Positions 13,701-29,069 of a DNA stretch of 64,000 nucleotides are shown here, in pieces. The notes beneath the pieces were generated by a model, which worked only from the letters and a program-made list of their open reading frames with translations, did no database searches and was not told where the DNA came from. The DNA comes from the human T2T-CHM13v2.0 reference genome, Homo sapiens. The stretch lies in NCBI RefSeq assembly GCF_009914755.1, contig NC_060929.1; one strand, written 5' to 3'. A program made the position numbers and the translations under genes. Within the stretch, counting starts at the first letter, position 1, and the number at the start of each line of letters is the position of its first letter.

Positions 13701-15373
13701 CTTGTCAGGGAGCTTCACCCTTGCCTGCCTGAGCAGGCAATCGCTGACTTCAGTGAGGAAATATATAATGCCTGCAGCAGGGGAAGAACCAGCTATTCAG
13801 TCTTTCTCTCTTCATCCTTATTTCCACTCCCTTTTCCTTTCTCAACTTTCTCTACTGCCAAGAAAAGCATGTGCATGAGGCAACAATAAAGTAACTCAAC
13901 AACTGAGGTAGGAATGGCAGTGGTGAGTGTGGATGTCAGAGGAAAAAAATTATATAATATTGCTGTCTTAGAGTCTTGATGTTTCCTCTTCCACTAAAAA
14001 GATTCAGAATAAAACATTTGCTTTAATCCCTAAGCAAAGAAGATAATTGCTGTAATATGGACAGTACTCAAACCCACCTAGACGATCCCTTCCTGAGTGG
14101 GTCTCAAAAAGAGCATCTTTGTGACTTTGTGAGATGTCTGCATGTGAGCTTGCACCTCTTAGCCCTTCTCCTAAGTTTAGCTTAGGAATTTGGGATCTAT
14201 AACTAAATTTCAGAAGTTTGGGTCTTCGCTTTCTCTCTGCCTTTTTGACACACTCTTTTGTTATTTTTATTATGGTTACTTAAGACTTCCTAAGCATTGG
14301 CAGTAGCAGATAAGAGCTATGCCAAGCTCCTCTGCTCTTCCCCAGCTGACCTGCTCAGCACATTATGCATTTATTGGATTGGGGTTTGGGTATGTTATTT
14401 TGCCTTTATGGGATCCATCACTTGTAGTATAAAAGAGATTTTTAGACATTCATCCAATTCTATGATTCCATGACAGGTGACATTAATTTCTTCATTTGAA
14501 AATTAAATAATTCTATAATGAACTCCATTACAGGAAGATACTATCAAAGACAAATTTGTGAAGTTAAGAGGGACAAAAAGGGGTTGTATAAATGATCTAA
14601 AACTCCAAAGACACTAAGTGGTAGAGGCAGGAATTGATGCCATATCTGTGTTTTGTTATCCAGGTCATGTATTTGCATTTAACTAATATTCTTGGAATCA
14701 AAATTCCTTAACATTAAAGAAAGTTTCTAACAATGGAATGTCAGGTCTGAGAGACACGTGTGGCTGACAGGGGAATTTTCTGAAATCCCTGAAGACCTAT
14801 AACAAGCCAGTGGCCCACTTAGTCTCACTAAAGGATTCAACGCTGCCTTGCAGCCCTGCTTTGCAAGAATGTGGTGAAAATTTAGGCCTTTTTGTCTGCA
14901 GTGTTACCTGATTCATTGAAGAAAATGACTTGGTCAAGAGATGTCTAAGAATTCACCTTGATGACCAGCGCTCCCTATTGTTTTGCAAATCTCATCTCAA
15001 CTAGAATGTTGGGGAAGAGTTTATTACCATATTTCCTGTGGTGCTTCTCAGTCAGCAAAAATCTTGGAACATTAGGTGCAGCCTACTTTCTCCAAACATT
15101 GTTTTAGGTTGATTACTAATGTGATTACAATGGTTACCTTCCCTTTCACAAGTGTACCCTATGTTACATGTATGTAAATGCTTTAAACTGTCATGCTAAT
15201 AACATTTTTTAACATTTGAGTCATATTTTAAATGCTTCAGATAATTTCACTATTTAAGAGAGTCTCTTCTGAAAAGCTCTTTCCAAGAAGGAAATGGTTT
15301 CCTAATTCATTAATTTTACCAATTATGTTTTCATATGTTGTATTTTTGTTAAAGAGGATTAAAATTATTTGGA

Positions 15374-15455
15374 GAAAAGTTCTATGCATACTCTAGATCT
15401 TATCGTGGTGATGAAAAAGTTTCTATCCATACTCTAGATCTTATTGTGGTGATGA
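15374..15455 (+). repeat. Tandem duplication, ~41-bp unit x2
   Basis: ttctat(g/c)catactctagatcttat(c/t)gtggtgatga twice. Confidence 0.88.
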
Positions 15456-16349
15456 CTTCAAGATACACCGTTTCTTTTGTTGAACTGGAAAGGTTTCTTT
15501 GGCAAATCATTTATATGAAAAGGTTTTCTGGTCTTGTCTTTTGTTAATCCTAACAAGAAAAAGTTAGCAGATTGGTAGCTACAGACTAGTGAACTATAGA
15601 CACTTTGCAAGACTAAAAGTGATTAGTCAGTGTGGAATCAGCAAAAGGCAGGGGAAACTAGGAACTGGAATGCAGAGCTGTGGCTAGAAGACAGAGGGAT
15701 GGTAAATGGAAAGGGGATGGAGGGATTTTCACAGTGCAAAAATCAGGTGAAGCCCACAGGTGCATATGAGTGAAAGCCACAAACAAGGCTGAAAACCCTT
15801 TTCTCCATCCCAAAACATTATAATACACTGTTAGGAAATATCAGTGTATTTGCATCAATCAAACAATGTTCTTCCAGCCACCCAAACTTGCAACCTTGAG
15901 TCATCTTTGAGTCAGAGATGTCAGGAATTTCAGAGCTGGGTAAAGTCTTAAAGGATACTTAATCCAATCTTTGCTTTGCAGACAAGGCCATGCAGTTTCA
16001 AGAGATCCTGCTTTTGGCAAATTCACATTACAAACAGAACCAGGCTTGACACTCAGTCTCAGAAATTCATATCAAGTCTTCCTTTCACTGCTTAGCCTGG
16101 TTCTTCCCTTTTCTTCATCAGCTATTCAGTCGGACACCAATTCTGCAGACTCTTCTTTAGGAGGGTCTCTGATGTCAATCCCTTTCCATTACCACCACCC
16201 TGGTCTAGGCTGTGCTCCGAAATGACTTTCTAAAAATGCTCCATACCACTTGGCTTTCTGCTTCAGTTCACCATAGATACTTTAATCTTCCTGGGACACT
16301 AATTTCATGATATTTCTGAAGAACCCCCTCGTTAAATTCTACTATCTTG

Positions 16350-16590
16350 GGACAGCAAAAAGTATTCAGGTTTTGGACTCAGATAAACTTGGGTTCAAAT
16401 CTCTTGTCTACCTCTAAACTTGGATAAGTTACTTAGCTTCTCTGAAGTTCATTTTCCTCATCAGTAAAATGAGAACTACGATAATAAATTTAAAAATAAA
16501 ACTGGTGACTATAGTGCAGATGGAATGACTTCATGTATGTTAAATTGCTTAGCAGATAAAAGATGTTCAAAACATGTAGATTTTCTTCCT
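16350..16590 (+). mobile_element. MIR
   Basis: gggttcaaatc...ttggataagttacttagcttctctgaagttcattttcctcatcagtaaaatgag. Confidence 0.7.
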
Positions 16591-17347
16591 GGAATTCATA
16601 CTCTTCTGCAGTCTGGCTCCTACCTACCTTTCAATCTTGTCTTTTACTATCTCACCAGACAAGTTTTTTGCCTCAGCCAGATTGGCCTATTCATTACCTC
16701 CTGAACACTCTGTTCTCAGTTTTAACTGCTGGAGTTTTTCCTGCTTCCTAAAGATGTCCAACCCTTTTTTATTTATTGTATTATACAAATCTTTCTGATT
16801 TATCACAGCCTGTGTTTTTTCAATTCTTGCTTTTGCCCTCCAGGAGGAAATACATACATATATATTGTTCAAACAGGATGCATGGGAAAGAGTCTAAAGT
16901 CTTTAATGCTGAGCTGCTCCCAAACATGCTTCTTAGTTCTGGCAGAAGACTGTGGGGTCATGTGTCTTTCAGATGGGACCATGTCACCCTCTCTCTTCCA
17001 GAGATCCCAATGCTTGCTGCCTAACCCCAACAGTCACTTGTCCTCACCTTAGCCACCATTCCTGTGTGGCACTGTGTGGTTTCTCTAGCTGCCCATCTGA
17101 CATCTTTCATCCCCAGCATGGCCCTTGGCACTCCTTCCTTACTCTGTCCCCTTCTCATTGTCATGTCTAATGACACTAAATAATCCTGGGGAAATTTGGA
17201 GCCCACGGGTGATGTGTGGATATAACTCCATGCTCCTCACATCTTGATCTTTTCAGTTCTAGACATATCAAACTAGTGAAAGGGAAAGATGGCTATAGTG
17301 ATACAACCCTCAATATCCTCTCACCATCCTCTTTCTGAGGATAGTAG

Positions 17348-17944
17348 TGTGAAAGGAAAATAAATCTCAGGACCCCAAAGTCACTAAACCAGGAGAAAAA
17401 TCAATCTGGGAACTATGTCAAGCAAACCTACCTCCCATTTTATTCCTAAGTAAGATAGCCACAAAGATGAGAAGCTACATAACTCCCTCGCAATTTGTCC
17501 ACTGGAAGTTCCTTGTGGACAAAGGACAGACAGAACTCAAAGTCATCCCTCTGAGGCTCACCTGAGACAAATGCATGCCTGATTGCTTCCTCTGCCCTAT
17601 TGTTTATGTAAAAATTCAGATTCACTGAGCCAGACTAAATTGTGTATTCAGTGGAGGGCTGATCAATGGCTCAAAAGAATGAAATCTTTTGTCCCTTATC
17701 TGCTTCTAGCCTAGAAGCCCCCACTTCCGGTTGTCCCACCTTACCCAAACAAACCAATGTACATCTTACACATATTGATTGATGTCTCATATCTGCCTAA
17801 AACAAATAAAAGCACTGTAGTCCCGACCACCTTGGGCACAAATCATCAGGACTTCCTGAGGCTGTGTCACAGGTACACACTTAACCTTGGCAAAATAAAC
17901 TTTCTAAATTGACAGAGAACTGTCTCAGATATTTGGGGTTCCTA
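17348..17944 (+). mobile_element. ERV1 solo LTR, MER4A/MER4A1-like
   Basis: Starts tgtgaaaggaaaataaatctcaggacccc, has AATAAA near the end, and a 4-bp TSD gtag at 17344-17347 and 17945-17948. Confidence 0.85.
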
Positions 17945-20113
17945 GTAGGAACTGTTGTTATACCTCTTTCATTAGGCTTGCTTTCTCAGTTTGTTGCAAG
18001 TTCTGCTTCTTTCCTCCCATGATTATAAAATCTGGACCTGAGTTCTGATGCATTTCTAGCTCTGTTAAATTTTCCATACAAATATCAAGATTACTGACAG
18101 TTTTCTTCTATTGCAGGATAAGTTCTCAGGACAACCGGGGCCCTACCCTGGAAACTAGAAAGTCCCTTTTGCCCTTCTTCTTCACCACACTGTCTTAGGC
18201 AAATTACTTAAGCTCACTATGTTTCCAATAACAGTTCTCCAGTCATAGAGTTTTTATCCTCCCAATCAGGTGGGTTAATCCACATAAAGCCCTTCACACT
18301 GTGTATGAATGTGTCTATTGCACTCTGAAGCAGGGTGCTTTGCTGAGGGAGCAAGTGGGGGCTAAAATCCAGCACTCTTCTCCAAGCCTAACATGGGCAT
18401 GGGGCTGGATCTGCTCAGAGGATGAGGTACCTTTCAAAACTCTGGTACTATTGCTTGTCAAGCCCTACACCCACCACCTAGAGGGCTTTTTTTCCAAGAT
18501 ACATGAAGGCTCCTGTGGGCCAGTAAGGCCATGCTAGGACATGGTCAGTGTTTGATAAATCCTGGTTATTTTAACTGTTTTTACTGAGTCCAAATAGTGA
18601 CTGCCTTGAAGAGTCTGTTTCAGAACATAATACTGAAATACCAAGTAGTCAGGGCTTTAAGTTGATGGAAACATCCAGCAGACAACCAAAAAGAAGTACA
18701 TTGTAATCTAACCAAATACCTTCTCATTGATCCTATTTTTATTGTCCATAAACTAGCTAGAAATAATTCCTTTATATTGTTGCCTTTATTCAAGCTTTTA
18801 AAACAAGACTCTTCCTTTAAAGATAATCTATTTCTTATTGTAATTTTGAAAAATAATCTCTCTGACTTAGTTATCTGCCAATTTAGATAATTGGCTCTAA
18901 GTCATATAGGCATCTCAGAGTAACAGTTGGGCATAGAACACATTTATTTTAGGCAAATGAGAAATAGTATGGTGTTTTATACAAAGAGGAACAAGAAAAA
19001 AAATACTTCCTTTCCCACTGTAAATGCTGTACAATGGAATTCTCAGACATGACATCATCGGTTTCTGGTTTCACAATGCAGAGTCCTTAGTTGATAGAGC
19101 TGGTCAGAGGAGAATGAGGAGCAGATGCAATCAGTATCAGAATATGCAACTTCTTTAGCATGTAAAATTGTTAAACTCTGGAAAACGGTTACTTTTAAAA
19201 AGTATACACTTGACATAAGCTCTTCAAAAATTCTAGAACCTTTTTGTGAAAACAAAGGTAATTAAAGTAGTAGGTTTAAGAAAAGCAAGGTACTTCAGTA
19301 ATCTCATTTATAATATGTGATTATAATAAAAATGTAGAATATTATGTTCTCATCTAAGACTTTGTTTTAGCTTCAAGGAAATTAAACAGCCATCAAACAG
19401 GTTTAAACAAATGCCTAATGCCTATCGTTTATGAACATTCCTAAGTAAATTGTACCACTTTCGAAGTCCTGAAGAAAGGAGATAGAATATTTAAGTTTCA
19501 AAAAGCAGTTTAAAACGTTTAGTTAAACATGCTGCATTGAGACTGAAGGATTTTGAGAGACATCATTAAGGGAGTACAAAGCTGCAATTCAATGACAGAC
19601 ACAGCATGCATCAAGCAAGAGAGACTTTATGACCAAGTTTACTGCTCACAGTGCAGATATGACTTAAGAAAAAAATGTGGAGAAAATATAAGGCCAACCT
19701 GTAAGCCAATTGAAATATGATGAAATATTCCTAATCCTGTAGTAAATTTAGTTGCTTGGCACCTCAAAATACATTCAACACATGAGCTGAGAAAATGCAG
19801 TCTCCATAACTTAAATTGCTTGAATGGATTTTCATAAACCTCTGTGACCTAATAAACAAATAAGGTGTGGTGGGAACCAAAGTGGAAAATCAGGATCTCA
19901 GCCACCACCTAACAGCATGTTCTCTGCAATGGGATACACTAAGCCAATCTTAATCAAAACACAGCAAAAAGTACAGGAGACTAACCCTGACTAAGAGTAA
20001 CTTTAATGTCTCACCACAGAGTTAGCAGAAATGAGGAGTCTTGTTTTTCCTGACCTCTAGGTGGGAAGGAGAGCCATTTCTTTTTTTCTGTCGAGTATGA
20101 CAAGATGTATATC

Positions 20114-20604
20114 TGTCATGAATGCATCCTGCTTTAAACAACAGAAACTCTAACCAAGCAATGGCTTAAACAGTTTAAGGGTTTTCCTTTCTTCTTGTAA
20201 TAACATGTCCAGAGGCAGGCAGCCCAGGATTGGTACAGCAGCTCCACAATGTCATTCGGATACCTAGGCTTCTTTGACCCCGCTGTTTGGTCATTTTAGC
20301 AGATAGTTTTTACCCTCACACCTGTTGCACTGTGGTTGCAAGATAACTCTGTCCAAGCAGGAAAGGCAAAAGGAGACAGAAGGTCAAAAGCTTTTGCCAA
20401 GTGAGGCTACCACTATAAAGAACTTTCCCAACCAGAGGCTTCCATGTGTATCTCATTGGCCAGAATGATGCCACATGACCACTTCTTGCTGCACGGGAGG
20501 CTGGAAATATACTTCTGTCTCTGAGCATATTAATTCCTTTTGCTAAATAGTGAGCAAGAAAGAGGGGAATGGATAATGGGCAAGCAGCAATCACTGTCTA
20601 CCAC
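20114..20604 (-). mobile_element. MLT1 (K/J-like) solo LTR
   Basis: aacagaaactc...tggcttaaaca...tctcattggccagaa...cacatgacca...gggaggctggaaa...ctaccaca. Confidence 0.7.
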
Positions 20605-20905
20605 ACCCTGGTACCCAGCACTCAGCCAGTCATTACCAAAAGCAGAGAGTTCAGTTTGTGTGGGCCAACAGCCAGCCTCAAGCCTGTCTAACCAACTCCC
20701 GGCAAGTTCTCCTGATGGAATGCTGTGAAGTCTAGCACTTTACAACTGTATAGTGCAACAGTGTAAACCCTCCCACTGCAACTTGGAAAACTAGGAGGAA
20801 AAGAGAAAGTCCAGAGAATGTTTCTATCTGCAATTGCAGATACTGTTATTTTCTACTCAATAACCCCCAATCCTTTTCCTTGCTAATAGTTAAACCCCAA
20901 TTTGA

Positions 20906-21486
<581 letters not shown>

Positions 21487-22751
21487 CCTCAATGATGGGC
21501 TATTATTGGACTGATCTAATTATCACAACATTGCTTTTCACTTTCTCTCCCCCCCTCGCCTAAGGGCAGCCATGAGACCACATAATTAGGCAACTGCTGG
21601 GCTTCCCCACTTTAAGGAGACCTTTTTTTTCCTGATAAAAGAGAAATCATAGCTGCTCTATCTCCCACCAACCCTTTCTTCTTACCTTGAGTGGAGACAT
21701 AAAAGCTAGAACTGCAGCAGAAAATTTGGACCATAGGGGAAAAGCCAAGAAATCACAAAAATTCAACCTGACATCCTTAATCCACTAAATTAATGCTGAG
21801 AACAACCCACCTCCAGACCTTTTGTTTTGTGAGAAACATAAATTCCTATTTGTGTAAGCACTGTTTTAGGACTTTCTGTTCACTGCATGTGTCCTGTTTG
21901 AACAATCTTTTTTTTTTCTGATAACTCTTAACTAAGTCCTCATGAGACATGAAACCCAGCACATATTATACTGTATTATATTATTCAAAGGACTGTCCAC
22001 TTTTTTTTAACCACGAATTTCATAGTGTGACAGAATCAAGTGCAATACAGTAAATTAAACACAAAGTATCTGAGCTCGGCTTGGGCTGAATGTTCTGTCG
22101 CTATTTACTATTATATTACTTTGAACTAGTTATTTGACTTATCTAGAAACTTCCTCATCTTTAAAATGGGAAAAACAATACTTCCTCATATGATTTTTGT
22201 GAAGATTAAACTAAATTATGAATATTGTACTCAGCTAGAATGATTTAAATTATTGCTATCTGATTAATTGATTTTAGTTATTTTAGGTAGCTCAATTATT
22301 TCATCCTTAAGAAAACAATGTATTTAATACATTACAGGTATCCTGGACTAATATTAAGCACAGGATAAAAAAATCATTTTTAGTTTTCTCTGCAAGAAAG
22401 AGCATCTTTAAAAGACCTTACATTTGGAAGCCTCACCTCTTAGAATTCTACCTCCTCAAAACCTTACTCTTCTGGAAAATTTATTCCGCTTCTGTCACCT
22501 TAGAGATATATCTTTTTCTCTCCACATTTTCGTTTATCCCATTCATGCCTCATCTTTCTTGCTTCCAGCTATATTGCCCAATTATCATTAAATCAGCAGT
22601 ATACACTGAACATCTATTATGTTTAGCATATAAGAAAGAGATCCATTATAAGAGACACAAGAAAAAAAAAACACAGGCATTTCAATTCTTCTTTGAGAAA
22701 GAAGCTAGACTTTGGTTGATAATTATGTCTCCTATCAACACTGGCCTGCAG

Positions 22752-23118
22752 CCCGACAGCTAACACTAAGCATCTGACAATTTGAGAGCCAGATGTTTTT
22801 GTACTATGTGATTTTGTAGAATTTTTGAATCACAATATATTGCATCTACCAAATATTACAAAGAATCCTCAGCAGTGATCCATCAGAGGTCTAGGGCATC
22901 ATCTTATAATTACCACACTACTACATTAAAATATGCTAATATTCACTCTGAGAGGAATGAAAAAACATTATAAATAGACCTGTGTCAATTCATGTCAACA
23001 TTTACTGCCAAATGATTCAGGCCAAATAAGGTTTTGTCACCGAACAAGTTACAAAAATCTTTTCATTTTTTCAGATCTTTTGAATTTCAGAATTGGAGGA
23101 AAGGAATTGAAGACCTGT
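22752..23118 (+). mobile_element. MER46C-like TcMar-Tigger MITE
   Basis: gccagatgttttt...tataaatagacc...tgaatttcagaattggaggaaaggaattgaagacctg followed by TA. Confidence 0.65.
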
Positions 23119-24424
23119 ACCAGACATTTCCATAAGATGTAATGCCATCTAGACAGATGAGCAAGCCAAAATGGCTTTTCTTTCAATAATCTTTTGATTA
23201 TATAAACTAAGCCAAGAACAGACATACATGTGCTCAAATCCGTTTTTGCAAGCTATATAAAAGAAACTCAACCAGAAAGATCCTTTTTTATGCGTTATTC
23301 GATATTCTGCTCCCTGACTACAAATTTCTACTTTGGAAAATCTCAGCTCCAGCAGCTTGGAAGGAAAGCCCATGTTCTACTGAGAAGAGAATGTATAAAC
23401 AAATGTGAAAAATACCTACTCTTATAGTTTGGAAGAAGTCAAAGTAATATTTTTTCTTTCTTTTTTGTGGTCTTTAAATTGTGGCCTGAGTGAGTAGAAT
23501 AAAGACTCTTGTCCATTCATCTCTTTTTCCTCTACCTTTTGGAAATGTAATGGATGTATGTCCAATGCCCAGGAAACCTGAGAAGAACCAATTTCAAACA
23601 TTCCTTTCCCCATAACTAGTGTAATTTTAAATTCATCTGGAGATTTGGAATACTAACCTATCCTTAGAAGGACATGTACCAAGCGTAAAGCTTTGAAGAT
23701 CTCTTAAACCCAGCAGTTATAAAGCTGGGAAATGAACTGTTGTTGTTGATATCAATTATTAATCGAAAATCAAGGCAAGGTAACAGTTGATAAGTTACTC
23801 TAGGCTACACTAGAGTCAAAGTCAAAATAATAGACTTATTGGAAAACTTTTAAGTCCATATATTGGCCCCAGTCTATTAAAAAAATGAATAAACCTATCA
23901 TTTGATTAAGAATTCCACTTCTGACAGTCTATTCTATATAAATACTATTACAAGTATGAGTAGACTGAAGGGTATACTGATGCCTTTATTCATTTCAGAC
24001 TTGACCTCGAATCTCTGGGCTTATTCATCAGCTTTAGGAGCCAGAGCAAATTGCCAATTTTTTGCAGCTTGTTTTTGTGGCACTTTTGTGCAAATTACGA
24101 AGTGCTGCTAACTCTAGGAGGGTGAATTAGAGCACAAATGAGGGCAGGATGTCAACCCTCACCTACCTCCTTAGTGGAGCACCTCTGTGCAGAGCACAAA
24201 CCCACCACTCTGTATGGGGCCCAGTCATCAAAATGATAAATTTACTGAGGGTGATGACTTCACAATTTAATCTGTTTTTACAAATCATTATTTAAAGTCT
24301 TTGTGTTCTCTGAATTTCAAGGCCCTGGGACAAAGCATTTGCTTTTCTACCTTAATTACTGGCACTAGCATCACCCTATACTTCAGCTCTGCTTCCCCTA
24401 CCTAACCCTATCAATTACTGAGAT

Positions 24425-24930
24425 TGTGTCTGCTGTGCTGGTCCTTACCCCTCCAGATCCACCTTCCATCATTCTATGCCCTGCTTCCAGCTCCAAAGGG
24501 CTCACCTTTTCTGATTGTGTAATCCAGGTCTCCTTGTCCTTCTTGTTGGGTTTGACCAATGAGAGATGAAAAGGCTGGAAGTAAAAGAGAGATAGAGGTA
24601 TTGATTCCCAAGCCCACCACTCACATCTCCCTGCTTGCCTGTTTGCTGGATTTGGTGGTTTTCTAGGATTATACCTTTTGAACTCTCAGGTGGTCTCACC
24701 TCTGTGTCTCCAGGTCTCCAGCTCTCTTGGGATCCAATAACACTGCTTCCACTTGCCTCCCACTCCCCATCCCACCCCATGCTAATAGTTTTCCACTGTT
24801 GCCATTTCCTGAGAGCTTCACCATCCATTGCTCCTTCCCTTAATTCAGCCACACCTCTGCAAGGAGTAGAGTTTATTCATGAAACTCTCTTCAGCTAAAC
24901 CCTTTGAGTGTGCCAGCATGCTCCCTGCCT
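24425..24930. mobile_element. ERVL LTR (LTR33/LTR16 family)
   Basis: cagatccaccttcc...gggtttgaccaatgagag...aaactctcttcagctaaaccctttgagtgtgcca. Confidence 0.55.
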
Positions 24931-27900
24931 CTTCTCTTCATCACAGGAAGTCTCAAATTTGTCCTAGTCTTTTCTTTTCCACCTCCCGTCATGGCCTCAT
25001 GCTCTCTCTCCTAAACATTCATGAATATCTGAATGTAATTGCTTTTTAGCAGCCTGTTCTCATTAACACTGTATCCAAGTGAAATTCAAAGTATATTAGA
25101 TGGGCAGTGGCGTCATTGAGGACGTGCTAGAAAATTTACACAATAAAAAAATACAAGTTTTGATTTAAGTAACACCGTGTGTGTTTTTTAAGGCTATTTA
25201 TTTAATCAATACCTACTGAAGGTCTTTTCTAGGTACTCATAACAAAATTATGAGCACTAACAGGCACAACTCCAGTTCCTACTATAACAGAACTTACAGT
25301 CTAGTAGAAAAACAGACTTCATCCAAATTTTACTTAATATTTATGTATTTGTTACTTACTATGTGTCAGTCACTATGCTAAAAAGTTTACAATATTTAGT
25401 TCATGTAATCCTTTTAACAAATCTAAGGAAAAAATGCTATTATTACCCTCATTTCACAGATAATACTACTAAGACACAGTGCTTGAAACTACCTTGCTAT
25501 GCTATTACATCTATACAGGAAATGATCAATTACAAAATCACCGCCAAATTTGTTTTAGTGATCATGAGAAACTTGAGTCAATGGTATAGAATAAATTTAC
25601 TCTTATTCCAGACTTATAGACCTATCTAAAACATACCATTATCATATTTACCAGTTGAACCAAAATGTGCTGCCTGCTGGTATATATACCAGATACTATC
25701 TTAGATGGTGGAAACACAGAGGAAAGAGAGTGCTTGAATTTTTAAAATTCCTCCTTAAAATTTGTGGGGAGGTGAGAAGGATGTTGGGGAAGGCATAAAA
25801 ATACATGGCAGTTGACTTATGTCAGTACAAATCTGTCTTTTCTGAGGCCCCAAATTTCTTTTTCTCCAAGGCTCTAACCTACCCTCAGTGACCCTGCTGA
25901 TAATATGGGGGAATGACATAGTGCGAGAGGACAATTGCAATAAAAAATAATCAATTCTGTCCTAACATATGCACTACCAATGAAAGAAGCAGAGAGGAGG
26001 GACACAGACCCAGTGGGGTGGGTCAGGGAGCACACTGAGAGCTGTTGAGGAATGAACCAGACTTGCAGAACAGGCAAAATTACTCAAGAGAGGTGGGGGA
26101 ACACAGCTGTCCTCAGGTTCTGTCTAAACGTACCTCATTTGGTATTTTTAAACTTCCTAGTAGATTTAGATACCATATAAGGTGCAAATACAGACTCAGT
26201 TCTAGGGCTCATATTTGAGATGATGGTTAGAGTAGCCACTTCACTAGAGGCATTATAAATAGTGGTGAAGAGCTTGGATTTGAGATTCATGTAGACCAGG
26301 ATGTCAGTCTCTGTCATTTTTAGCTGTGTGACTGAGTAAATTAATTTTCCTTTCCTGAGACTTGATTTTCTTATCTGTGAAAATGTAATTCTAACAACAG
26401 CATGTGCTTCACAAGGCTGTTGTAAAGGCTTCATGCCATAACACAAGAAATATGCTTAGCACATTTCTTGAACTATACCCATCTAGACACTTACTAAAGA
26501 CCTTTAGTTACTACACAGATCTTTTCCTTTGACTAAAGAAATAGAGAAAACCTCAAACAGTGCCTCTAAATATGAAAAAGGCTCTATTCAGCCATTGGGC
26601 TTTGGAGATATTTAATATATTCTAATCACAATACTTTTGACCTTTGTGTTTGAACTTGGCTTCCCACTCTTTTAGGCTTCTCCTTTCCTTTCAGTGGCAA
26701 TGAGGCTTGGGTCCTAACTGTCATAGAATAGTTATCCATACCAGGATGTGATATCAGCCAATTCCACAAACCAGTAGTACTCACTATGTGTTCCTGATGC
26801 CTGCGGAATCTGAAGCTTACCTCTTAGGTGAATCAGTATTCATATTGGTAAATATCACTTGACTCCAGACATCTTTCTAAAACCTTGAAAAATTCAAAGC
26901 ATAACAAAGAAATTGTTATCTTGAATAATTTCAATTTTTGATCGTGTTGTCAACACATTTATGGTTGCATTGTCTTTATTAGGATTCTTTCTTTCACTTT
27001 TTAAATCATTATTATTAATAATATCATTTTGCTCATCCTATCTCCAGCTATTTTAAAAACTTGGTAAACTTATTCTATAGATATTACCACTGAAGCCTGA
27101 TAGAAAAATTTAGAATGTGCGTAGAACTCTGGCAGTTAAATAGAAGTTGGTATATCATCTTTCTATTAATATGAACTCAATTAATCCAAGTTTCACTTTG
27201 CAAGTGGTATGTATTTATTTCAGCAGATTAATCTAGCAAGGGAAGTGAAGACCATATTAAAGGTATTTTTGTCTCCAACTCATAAATAAATCATTATTCT
27301 ACTTTCAGGTTATCAATTCTTATCTAAAATAATCCAGAAAAGAAGATTTTGCATTCTTTTGGTCTGTATGCTAGTGCTGAGTACACAATATTTTTAAAGA
27401 TTGAAACTAAATTGTTTTACCTGTCCTGAAATCTAATGAACTTCATTGTAACAACAGCTTTCAATATCATGAGTTTTGCAAATTTGTGTTATCATGAACC
27501 CTTAAATTGCATCTTTTCAATGTGTTAGTACATTTAAATAAATTTATAATTCATTTTTATATATAAAGCATTTATGTGATTCAGTAATAAATAATTTATT
27601 ATAATGGTAACTTGTATAATTCACTCTCACAGCTTATACCCTTTAAAGTTCTAGATTAGAAGGGAAGATGATGGAAACTGTTGCCAGTTCATCATAAACA
27701 ATTTCATTTCATTTTTTTCCACTATACATATTGAGATAATATTTCCCAGGTACCCTTTGTAGTTATTTGTGGCCTTGTAAACTGATCTCTGGCCCATGAC
27801 ATGTAAGCAGAAATTATGTGTACCATTTAGAAGTTTAAAAGTTTAAGATGTGGACACACCTTCCGCACTATCTTTCTCATTGTTTGCTGGATCAGTGGAA

Positions 27901-28089
27901 GTCCCCAAGAACCTAGACTAAGGTAAAGACACAAAATGGAAGAAGCTTGGGCCCCTGGGTCATTAGCACTGGACTTCTACCTGAGAAGGGGAAATTGGAG
28001 ATTTTAAGTTAAGTGTGTTGGGAAAACATTGGGAGGTCTTAAGCAGGGAGTGCTATAATCCCCATGATAGGAAATGGGTTGCAAGGAAA

Positions 28090-28594
28090 TGTGGTAGCCA
28101 TTCTCCAAGGTAGTCCCTAATGACTCCCACTTCCAGGAGTTCATACCCTGGGAAGTCCCCTCCCACATTGTACCAGGGTTGGTTTGCATGATCGGTAGAA
28201 TACAGCTGAAATGATGGCATGGCATGTCCAATATTAGGTATTAAAGACACTGTTGTTCCCATCTTGGTCACTCTCACTCTCTAAGAGCACTCATTCTGGA
28301 GAACATCAGCTGTCATGCTATGAGCAGTCCTGTAGGGAGGCTTACATGGTGTGGAATAACCACATGAGTGACCTCTCTTGGAAATGGATCTAACCCTAGT
28401 TAAGTTTTCAGGTGACTACAGCACTGACCGGCAGTGTGACTGCAACCTCATGAGTTACCCTCAGCCAAAATCATCCAGCTCAACCTCTCCTGGATTCCTG
28501 ACCCACCATACACTGAGTGGTATAATCAGTGTTTGCTGTTTTCAGCTGCTTAGTTTTAGATTAATGTGTTTCATAGCAATAAATAACTAATATA
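28090..28594 (+). mobile_element. MLT1F-like solo LTR
   Basis: tgtggtagcc...ctcccacattgtaccagggttggt...gactgcaacctcatgag...agcaataaataactaatata. Confidence 0.8.
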
Positions 28595-28799
28595 AGAGAC
28601 AAGAGTAGAAACAGGATGATCAGGCATAAAGACTATTGCAGTGATCCAGGGAAGAGATGGTTATAAATATTAATTAAGATAAATGAGAAGATTATAGATT
28701 TGCTTTAAGAAAAGCCTGGCCTGATATATCAGTATATGTGAAAGGACCTGGAAAACCTCAACTCTCTCCATGCAAGATATTGGTGTGATTTGGGGGCAG

Positions 28800-29000
28800 A
28801 AAAAGTCCACTGAAGCTTCACCAAAACGTAAGAGTGACAACATTGATCAGAAATTGATTCTTCTGCTCTTTGCGCTGAGTAGGCCATTCTTGGAGCAATT
28901 AGTCCAATTCTGGGTGATACACTTACAATAGAGATTAAGAAACAAGACCTCATGCAGAGAATGCTCTAGAATTGTAGAGTGGCAGCTCAAGCTGGGTGAT
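28800..29000 (+). mobile_element. CR1/L3 fragment
   Basis: ctctttgcgctgagtaggccattcttggagcaattagtccaattctggg resembles the CR1 ORF2 3' region. Confidence 0.45.
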
Positions 29001-29069
29001 GAGAGGGGTCACATGGAAAAAAGTGGGTGGAGTTTTTCGATCAAGTGTTCAATGTATGGGGGGTTGGGT

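Noticed and set aside
25677-25692. Perfect 16-bp palindrome ctggtatatataccag resembling the VNTR unit
   Set aside because: Half of it is a TA run, and about one such palindrome is expected by chance in 64 kb. No evidence links it to the VNTR.
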